Below, piece by piece: positions 53,991 to 64,000 of a DNA stretch of 64,000 nt (positions are counted from its first letter, which is position 1; every line of letters begins with the position of its first letter). The position numbers and the translations under genes were made by a program. The notes under the pieces are model-generated. The model was not told where the DNA came from. It made no database searches and saw nothing but the letters and a program-made list of their open reading frames with translations. This DNA is from the human T2T-CHM13v2.0 reference genome, Homo sapiens: NCBI RefSeq assembly GCF_009914755.1, contig NC_060938.1; one strand, written 5' to 3'.

Positions 53991-54399
53991 CTTTAGAGGC
54001 TGGGAGACCAATCAAAAAAGTTTTAACAACCCAGGCAGAAGCCAGGGGTGGCCAGAAGATAGAGAGAGGGAGAAAATGTAGGGTATATTTTGGAAGACTG
54101 AAGGAAAACCAAGAGGCAAGGATGAATCCTAATATTTCACTTCAGGCTCAAGCTTTTTTTTTTAAAAGAGCAAGTTTAGAAGAAAAAAAAAATGAGAGCC
54201 AGGAAAGACAGTGAGACACAGAATGAGAGAGAAAGACTCAGGAAAATTATTGAATAGAATGATGTGTGATTTTTTTTTCTGTAGGAAAAAAACTCATTTA
54301 CCAATTAAAGTATGACCTAGAATTTGTAATGCAGGGGTGGGGTCTCTAAAACATCCCAAACAGCCTAAGTTAGTAAAGAGCTTTGAAGAGTAAATGTGC

Positions 54400-54780
54400 C
54401 TACTATGGACTGAAGTGTGTCCCTCATCCCCAAAATTCATATGTCAGAGTCCTAACCCCCAAAGGGATGTTATTTGGAAAAGGGTCTTTGGAAGGCAATT
54501 AGGTTCAGTGGGGTCATGAGGGTGGGGTCCTCGTAATGAAATTAGTGCCCTTATTAGACACCAAAGAGCTTGTTTCTCTCTCTCCACCCGTACACACCAA
54601 AGAAAGGCCATGTGAGGACACAATGAGAAAGCAGCTATCTGCAATCCAAGGAGAGAGCCCTCACCACACTCTGACCCTACCAGAACCTTGATCTTGGACT
54701 TCCAGTCTCCAGAATTGTGAGAAATAAATTCCGGTTGTTTAAGCCACCCAGTCGATGGAATTTTGTTAAGACAGTGCCTA
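54400..54780 (+). mobile_element. MaLR solo LTR (MLT1A-like)
   Basis: tatggactgaa...ccccaaaattcatatgt...ttgatcttggacttccagtctccagaattgtgagaaataaatt...tttaagccaccca. Confidence 0.85.
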
Positions 54781-55989
54781 TTAACATGTTCATCTCTTTT
54801 GAAAAGCCACAATGCAGCATGATGCATTAGACAACTGGTCTTGAGGCAAAAGTTAAGGGACATCGGTAGGACCATGACAAAGATCCAAGCCTTGGGACTA
54901 GGGCCCATCACTCAGGGTTCCAAAGTCCTGACATAACTGAATGGTATCCAACTCAAGCCCATTCACATCTCAGCTTCCCACCTTGCTGTCTGTTACTCAA
55001 CCTCTCTGAGCCTCAGTTTCCTTGTCTGTAAAATGAGAATAATAACATGTCCCTAATGGACTTATGATCATAACATGAGGTGATGTGTGTAAAATGCCTG
55101 ACACTTACTAGTTGTTCCGTCATCTCTTTCCCTCTTTCCTCTTCTACGTGCAAGATAATTTTATTTCTAACAAGGCAGGAAAAATCAAAGACCTAAATAA
55201 GTAAACTCTCCCAATAAGTGGTACATGACTCATGAATTCACATTCATCCTCCCTGACCATGGATACATGACTTGGTCTTTGTGTGCCTTGCTGTCCTCTG
55301 GGGGATACAGCACCTGCCTTGCAGGGTTATTGTGAGGAATGAATGAGATACATGTGGCATGCTTAGCACCATGTCTGACACACTTAAGGAATGCAAGCAA
55401 GTACCATTGCCACTGTTGCTGTTTGGTATGTGGGTCTTTTCAATCCTGCACATTTCTAGGTAATTAGGCCCAAAATGCGAGAGAAATAAAAGAGATTCAG
55501 AGACAGCCAAGAGACACGTGGAGCCCCAATCCTAGGGCAATGGCTTGGCAAATAAAAGGGTGCCACACTTGTCTAGATTGCCCTCCACAGCTTTCTCTGG
55601 CTGGGTTTTATGACTCTGTCTTATTTCCACAATTGCACCAGAAGTTCTCCCAGGGCTGAGACCACGTTATCCCTTTCTGGAGGCCCAGTTACACTTCTCC
55701 CAACAACTGGGTGCATGTACAGTAAGTGCTTAATAAATATTCATAATGAGCCTGTTCAGAAGGATCTGTGTCCCATATCTAAGATTTAGCCAAGGATATG
55801 CCAGGGCCAGGTCAGGCTCTGATAGTTACTGCTGATGCCAATGACACCCCACAGGCAGTTAGCTTCACAGTGGTGGCAAAGTCCCATCACATGGGCTCAG
55901 ATGGAACCATGATTCAGATGAGTCATCTGTGGTCACAGACATGCCTGTGGGCCCAAATGGGACAGAGATGGGACATTAGTGCTCACAGG

Positions 55990-56150
55990 CATGGTGCCAA
56001 ACATTCACATTATCTCATTTAAGACTCACAGCAATCCCATGAAGTCAGGAGGATTATTACCCCCGTTTTATAGATGAGGCAACTAAGAAGCAGAAGTGTA
56101 GGTAAGTGGCCCACATTTGTACCACTGGAAGATGGCAGATTGCCAGGGTC
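55990..56150 (-). mobile_element. MIR SINE
   Basis: ttatctcattta...ctcacagcaatcccatgaag...attattacccccgttttatagatgaggcaactaag. Confidence 0.65.
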
Positions 56151-57413
56151 ACCATTCACACCCTGGACTGACCAACTCCACAGCCATTCCCTCAGCCACA
56201 GGGTCAAGGATGTAGATGACCTTTGAGGCCAGAAAATGAGCCCCAAGTATCCCCTGCAAGGACCAGAGCAACTCTATGGATTCTTTGCTATATAATCTGA
56301 AAACTGTCTAGTTAAATAATAATTTCTCTAAAGAACACCTGTTACTAGTTTCCAAATTTACTCTTTGAGAAGGAAGAAGCAGCCCAATTTCCCAGAAAGA
56401 GCTCTGTATCTAAACTTTCCTCTGTCTCCCCTAATAACAAAGGCTGGATTTCTGGTGTCAAGTTTAGGTACGCAGTTGGCTGTGTAGGCTTTATGGCTTT
56501 TCAGTCACCTTTCAGAGTAATCTAAAATTTCTAAGCTTGTTTCAAAGGTAATTTTCACTCTATCTCTTAAAGCTTTTGGCCGCCCTCAAGCCATATGTTA
56601 GAGGACAAGAGATGTCAGAAGACTAACATCTGTTAGATCTTTCCCAACAGTGTGGCAATGACATCATATGCTTCTTTTAGATAATTTGCACATTATCAGA
56701 CTAATTTTCAGATTATCTAATCAGCAGACATTACCCTTAATCAACTTGGTTCTCCCCTTTCAGCTCTGCAGAGTACAACATGCCCTCCAAAGGCGTGCTA
56801 GAGCTGGGGCTCTTTTTTCTCTCAACAGAGGTGAAAAGCCTAACTTTGCACCAGGCATACCACCCTTGCACAAAAGGCTGAGACCTCCAGGAACCTAGAA
56901 GAACCCATCTTCAATTCCACAGACTTGAAAAATCAGCTGGAAATACATTTTATAGACTCATATTTTTTTAAATTTCCCTCTTAGGAGCTCTGAGTATGCT
57001 ATAGAGAGTATGTTATATTTACTTATGCTATTAAATAAAAGAGATACAACATATAACAATAAGACTCCAAACAGATGTTTTTTAAGTTATTTGTTTTTGC
57101 CTTCTAGTAATTGCTACTCTGGCTTCCCACTGTCTATAGGAATAAAGACTACACAGAGGGGCATAGAAGACGCTTCCCACTGTGGCCCCTGATTACATTT
57201 CCATCTTTCCTCTGCATCCCCTAAATCCAACATTACTATCAGACCCAAAGACTTCCAATTGTCTGAATGTGCCATGCTATCTCATACCTGCCTGCCTTCA
57301 TGTACAGTTCCCTCTACCTGGGAAGCCCTCTCCCTCCTAAGAAATTCCTTCTCATTCTCCAATGGCTAACTTGAATGTCACCTCTTCGGTGAAGCCTTTG
57401 CAAACCCCCTAAT

Positions 57414-57587
57414 GCAGTAGTCCTAAAGCTTGAGTATGCACCAGAATGCCCTGGAGAGCTTTGTAAGACCCAGACTGCTGGCCCCCATCCTTGGAGTCTC
57501 TGTTTCAGGACATCCAGTAGAACCTGAGAATCTACATTTTCAACAAGGTCCCAAGGGATGCTAATGCCACACTTGGAATACCACTGC
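57414..57587. mobile_element. MER5-family hAT transposon
   Basis: cagtagtcctaaagcttgagtatgcaccagaatgccctggagagc...cccaagggatgctaatgccacacttggaataccactg. Confidence 0.75.
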
Positions 57588-57763
57588 CCTAAGGCATAGA
57601 AAGTACCCTGTGCCCTTGAGTCCTGAACTCCCTCACGGTTCTGTACACACCCCATTGCACACTCCCACTCAAGACTGTGAGCTCAAAGACAGGGCTGAGT
57701 CCTATTTATGCCTGTCCTCCCTAGTCCCAGCATATAGACAATATTCAATACATGGTTATTACA

Positions 57764-58020
57764 TGGATGGGTGGATGGATAGATGGACAGATGAGATGGA
57801 TGATGGATGGATGGATGGATGGATGGATGGATGGATGGATGGGTGGGTGGGTGGGTGTGTGGGTGGATGGATGGATGGATGGATGGGATGGATGGATGGG
57901 TGGATGGGTGGGTGGATGAGTGGGTGGGTGGGTGGGTGGATGGATGGGTGGGTGGGTGGGTGGGTGGGTGGGTGGATGGATCGATGACGTATACACGGAT
58001 GGATGGATGCATGGATGGAT
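57764..58020. repeat. (TGGA)n/(TGGG)n tetranucleotide tract
   Basis: Direct read; source of the spurious MDGW/HPSI ORFs. Confidence 0.95.
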
Positions 58021-60074
58021 TAGACTGAATTTATTTACACAGCTTTTCATCCAGGCCCAGGACTTCATAAATGTCTATCCTCACTCTAAAAATTACCTCA
58101 AAAACATCATCTATAATCAATTCCCACTGTGCAGAGAAGGTAAAAAGAAGTTCAAAGAGTTTAACATCACAAGCCTATGTTAAGGGGGTTTTGAATTCTA
58201 GTCCAGAGCTCTTTCTGCTACTCTACCCCACTGGGGCTCCCTACCAAGGCTGCATTTAAGTAGTCACAATGGTATGCTTCTGAGTGTATCTTTCAGAGTC
58301 CTATCCTCCCCAGCTGCCCTCCCTTCATTCATGTATGTGTACATCTATGTGTAGGTGTATGTGTGTGTACATATGCATGTGCACACACACAGTCATTTAT
58401 TTCATTTGCAAAAAGTAGGTGAAGGTGGTAAAAGAAATGGAGGCCGAAGAGGCACCCAGCCTCATGCAGGGAGAGGGTGGGATGCAGCCCACATGCAGAG
58501 GACCCCATCAGAAAAGCACTATTTCCCAGAGGGGAGTGTTTGAGCTCCAAGCATCCCTGGCTTCCTGTAGTTGAGGCAGAGAGGCAAGGGCACACAGGAA
58601 AGGGGACAAACGTACAGGAAACACAAGAAATGTATACTCAGGAGAAAATGAGAGACTGAGGGAGAAACAAAGGCGTGAGAGCATCAGCTTGGGGGCCAGG
58701 CGATCAGGAGTGGCAGTGGATTGCTGAGCTTGCAGCACAGGGCAGCATGGGCGGGGGCGGGGAAGGTCAGCGCCGGCTCCAGCAGTCCACTCTGCCCTTT
58801 CAGCAGCAGCACCAGGCGCGGGATGAGCCATGGGCTCTGCTGAAGACAAAGCTGGGGGGCGATAGAGCAAGCGACAGCAGGAGGACCAAAGTCAAAAGGT
58901 CGCTACTGCTGCAGGTGGTGCAAACCCAGCTGCCCTTGGCCCTGCAAACCCTGTGTCTGTAAGGCTGTTTTTCCATTAGGCCTCCGCTCACATGCAGCTT
59001 GGGTCACCCTGCAGCTCTGCTAAAGGGGGAAAAAGTCAGCATTTCCACTTCACTGGTGTCCAGACCTTCTCCTGGGGGAGCCGCAGATTAGCCTCTTGGA
59101 TTAAGCTCTCCTACCTGCCCCTCCCCTCCAAAAGCCTCACCAAGGGAGGATCACGAAGCTGAGACCTTAGGATGCTGCCGAGCTGTCACTTCCAATTCAG
59201 CACACAGCCCCAGTAGCATTTAGGGGCAGGATGGATGGGAGCCACCCCCTATCCCCAAACAGTGGGAGCAGCTAATGACTAGGTATTAATGATGCTGGCA
59301 ATTAGTGCTCACAAGAAAATAGTCGGGGGGCTGCTCACCAGGGGAATGTGGGAGGGAGCAGAGCACACATTCGGGGCGGCGAGCAAGTCAGCGGCGTGTG
59401 TGGTGCAGAGAACCTGGGACGACCAGCTGCCTCATGGGTTTGTCCAGAGAAATTGGGGGTGGGGGAAAGGATGTTTTCTGCAGGCACTAAAAGCCTTTCT
59501 GCTGTACCCTCCCCACTAGCAAAACTGGGTTAATCACAGAGTTTTCGAGGAGGGCACTGTGAGATGTCACTAAAAAGGTGTTTGTGAGGATTCTGGAACC
59601 TTCTTCGTGTGGGGAGGCCCCGGATCCGCCTGGGAATACCTATTATTTTCTAGGAGGTTTTAAACCCTTGGCCAGGCAAATGATCCTTTTTGAAGAGCCC
59701 ACTTTCTCATCAGCAGGGTGAGAAAGAGAAAAAGGGGAGGGGGAGTTGGAGTGTGTGCCACTCACTGACAAGCCCACAGAGGTGAGAACAAGCCACCCAT
59801 GAAATTTCGTAGGCAGACGTCTCCACATCTCCACGTAGGGCGAGGGGAGACAGGCACAGCTTCTTTCCCAAGCAAGGCTGTGTGGCCTCAAGGGGAGAAC
59901 ACTAGAAGGCCAAACACACCCGCCCACGAGGGCTCGTGAGAAGATCCACACCCGAGTGCTTGTCTCAGAAGTCAACCAACCCTGAGGGGACCACAGGGAT
60001 CACTGGGGAGACTGCCTCCTTCTACTTCGGGTCTGCAGCACACCTCCCCGTGCAGCCACAAACACCAAGCACAT

Positions 60075-60308
60075 GGACGGACACATATGCACATGTGCAC
60101 ACACGCATGCACACATATACAAAAACACACACACACGCAGGTACACACACAATACACATGCACACAAACAAGCACACACATGCACAAACACGCACACACA
60201 TGCACGCACACACACAACGTACATACACAACACGTATACACACGCACACACAACATGCACGCACACACACACACATACACGCACACACACGCATAGACAC
60301 ACACACAC
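60075..60308. repeat. Degenerate (CA)n tract, (UG)-rich in the pre-mRNA
   Basis: About 230 nt of alternating purine-pyrimidine sequence. Confidence 0.92.
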
Positions 60309-60894
60309 CCGGCTCATAATGAGGCTACAGGAGAACCAAGGAAAATGAGACACAGACAGACAAGAAGCATTCCAAACCCCAGGGCATGAATAAAGGAACA
60401 AAATGGCCTGACATTTGAGAAGAGATATAAGGAGATAAGCTAGCACAGGGGAGTGAGAAATAAGGTTACCAAGCTAATAAACACTTTAGAGAGCGCGACA
60501 ATGGCGAAGAAACACTTTTCAGGGAGCAACCAAAATCAAAGGAGATTCTTCTCAGCCTCCTCATGGTGGGAGACAACAGCTCCGTGTGACCTCTTGGTCA
60601 CTTAGACCAGGGAAAAGAGGAGAGAAAGGGAAATGCAAGTATTGGCTGCCTCAGTACAGGTCAGTATCTTTTCCTTTTTGAAAGACAAGGGTGACTGGAC
60701 CAAGGAAAGCTCTTCCCAGAGAGAAGACCTCAGTGTTGGAGCTCCTCAGGCCCTGGCAAGGAGAGGCGGGCAAGGCTCGGGGGGCACCTCCTGCTCTGCT
60801 GTTCAGGTTCTGTCCAGGTGACAACAGCAGGTGAGAAAGCAAGGGTCTGTCGCACTAAAGGCTTGCACCTTGGAAGTGAGCAAAAATTCAAGAA

Positions 60895-61615
<721 letters not shown>

Positions 61616-62721
61616 AAAGAAGGCAATATTACGAGGGGAAAGTGGGGTGGAGGTTAAGGGAGACCCCACACTAATCTGAACAATGGTCTTGGCCACAGGT
61701 GTGTTCTTTATTTCAAATCTTTGGTGAAAGTGGCCAGTGGACATCAGTTGACTAAGTCGTTGGCTAACACGCATCCTCTAATCCTAGAGTCTGAATATTT
61801 TAAACGTCTGATCCCTTTCACTGCATTGAGTTGTTCACTTTCAGAACACCTACCACCAAATCTTCTGAACAAAATGAAAAACACATGGCCTGTCCACGAA
61901 TATTCTTCACTGAGAGATCTCAGTGTGGCCCACATCTTCAAGCAGGCTCTAAAGATTCCATTATCCCATTTCCATGTTGAGATTTCTGCAGGCCCAGAGA
62001 CCATAAGGGATGTTCTAGAGGAAAGTCAAATGGAAAATGCTAAGCCCCTTTGGATTCCCTAATTCATAATTGGAAGTTGAGGTAAGAAAGCAGAGAAACG
62101 GAAACACAAAATCTTCAGGATCATTTTGGGTCTTGAGAGCCCAACATCCCAAACGACAAATCCACCCAGATCACATTTGCCATTTGAATGCTGAAGCAAA
62201 GAACATGGGGTCTCCAGGCAGCATTTCTAAGGCAGGAGAGCCCTGTACCAAAATGTGATCCCCTCCCCTCTACAACAAAACCACAGCAATAGATAAGAAT
62301 ATTCTAAGGCACTTCGTAGCCAAGCAGGCATTTCGAATGTGTGTCTGAACTGACACACCTATTACCTATGCCCAACCCAGTCTGAGTGGCTGGCTCTTCA
62401 GGAGTGAGGGAAAAGAGTTGTAGGTCTGGCATCTGACAGTGGCCAGGTAAGGACTTTCTCTTCTGCTTAACACTCACCTTCCTTCCTCTGGGAGCAGAGC
62501 AGGGTGTGTGAGCCCAGCCCTGCTATTGCTAAGCCTAGGGTTGGGCTGAGCTGCAGGGGCAGCTGGCTGGCTGGCTGAAAGGGCCAACACACTACAGCAC
62601 ATTGAGACCACTCAACGGTTGCTACCAGAAGATGCCAGCAGTGAGAAAAAGGAACAAGGAACGCTCCCCAGCCTGTCTAACCCACTTCTTCACTGCCCCA
62701 ACCTAACAAGTAGGCACTCAC

Positions 62722-62859
62722 GCCTGTGGTTCTCATTTCTGTGGTTGGGTGGGGACCGAGTCTCCTGGTCTTGAGCTTCATCCCCCTCCTCGCTGGCCAG
62801 GTGAGTGTGAGCATAGTGGTAGCTGAGCCCCGGTCGGTTCTTGTAGCGCTTGCCACAGA
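62722..62859 (-). CDS. DPF3: DPF3 internal coding exon (C2H2 zinc finger; ~exon 7), 138 nt, phase 1/1
   Basis: Encodes (I)[45 protein letters not shown], the d4-family C2H2 finger. Acceptor ttttcctctctag|TCTGTG; donor CAGGC|gtgagt. Confidence 0.97.
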
Positions 62860-63059
62860 CTAGAGAGGAAAAGAGGAAAAAAGGGAGAGATACAAATATT
62901 AGCAACCTGTGCAGCCACCGCTATCATTCTCCCAGACAGTGATCCCATCCATCCACCCCAGAGCCAGGCTTCCCTTAAAACTGTCTCCCATCCCAACATC
63001 CCTTTCCCCCACCCAACAGAACCAACACCCTTGTAACAACTCAGGTCATGGAAAGAAAA

Positions 63060-63270
63060 ACTGTAAAAGTAAAATATGAGGTTAAGAGCTGTGTGAGCAC
63101 TCCACCGTTTCTAGCTGTGAGACCCAGGGCAAGTCACTTGACCTCTCTGTGCCTCAGTTTCTTCCGAGATAAAATGGGAACAATAACAGTACTTACCTCA
63201 CAGGGTCATTGTGATAAGTTTATCTCTATGCAAAGTACTTAAAACAATATCAGGCACTTTGTGAGGGTAA
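63060..63270 (+). mobile_element. MIR SINE
   Basis: ctagctgtgagacccagggcaagtcacttgacctctctgtgcctcagtttc...aaaatgggaacaataacagtacttacctcacaggg. Confidence 0.75.
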
Positions 63271-64000
63271 TTGTTATGACGTTGAATTCAAAGGGCACTG
63301 GGAATCTACCCAATCCAACATCCCATGACACAGATGAGGCAAGTGAGACCCAGCAACACCAAGTGACTTGCCCAGGAGCACACAACTAGTGTGGCAGAGC
63401 CACCAGAACCCATGTCTCCTGGGTTCCTGTGCACTGTCCCTTCCACCACCCCATGGTTGGCCTCTGCAAGAAGTAGAAAAGTTTTATCTGGATAATCCTT
63501 TTGATGTCTCACCCAGCGATTTTGTGCCAGAAACACATGCTGCACTTCTACCATGAACGCCATGGAGTTAAAGCATCCTTGGTGAGTGTAGTCACCAAGA
63601 GCTTGTGCCCCTGATGCCCCAGGGCAGCCAAATCTGTAAAAGGTGCTCTCACAAGTACTACCTCTCAAATGGGGCAGTTTGAGCCAAGGGCAGCGAGCAA
63701 TCGAAATGTGCCTTCTTGGAGCCAGGAAGAAAGGGCAGCAGTTCTGTTGGTTAGATGCTCAGTTCCTGGGAAGCAGAAGTCTGGCTAAATGGCTCAAGGT
63801 CACACTACCACCCTCAACCTCCCCACATAGGGATCATTATCTCGGCCCCTAGGGGGACGGCATTGCTGGTAGCAGAAACCTCGAGAGTCTTCCCAGTGAA
63901 ATGTCCATGCCAACCTTCTATGCTTGTCCCCCAGCCTGGGTCCCCATCAGAGCAAACCAACCTGCTCTCTGCTGGAGTGCCTGAAAGTTACAAATTCTAA

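Noticed and set aside
57610-60446. ORFs with MDGW, HPSI, CVCV and HTHT repeats
   Set aside because: Translations of microsatellites.

Overview
Primate (very likely human) genomic DNA covering the 3' part of DPF3 (BAF45C/CERD4, a d4-family BAF/SWI-SNF subunit), transcribed on the minus strand. Three coding exons are directly supported: the C2H2 zinc-finger exon (62722-62859), the exon encoding the first half of PHD1 (43888-44016), and the DPF3a-specific terminal exon (coding 40784-40986). Exon numbers 7 and 8 below are from recollection of the gene model. The DPF3b exons that complete the double PHD finger are not in the window and should lie beyond position 1. The rest is intron or long 3' UTR containing Alu, L1, L2, L3/CR1, MIR, MaLR LTR and DNA-transposon relics plus simple repeats. 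Almost all short ORFs in the supplied track are spurious. The most notable pattern is a possible splicing switchboard around the half-PHD exon. Two extra phase-compatible acceptors (41417 and 39951) flank the DPF3a acceptor and would give different C-terminal tails. Two candidate poison exons (60309-60324 and 41733-41800) have donors built into (UG)n tracts. Tandem poly(A) signals run from 39.7 kb to 30.7 kb. These are sequence-derived hypotheses and need RNA evidence.
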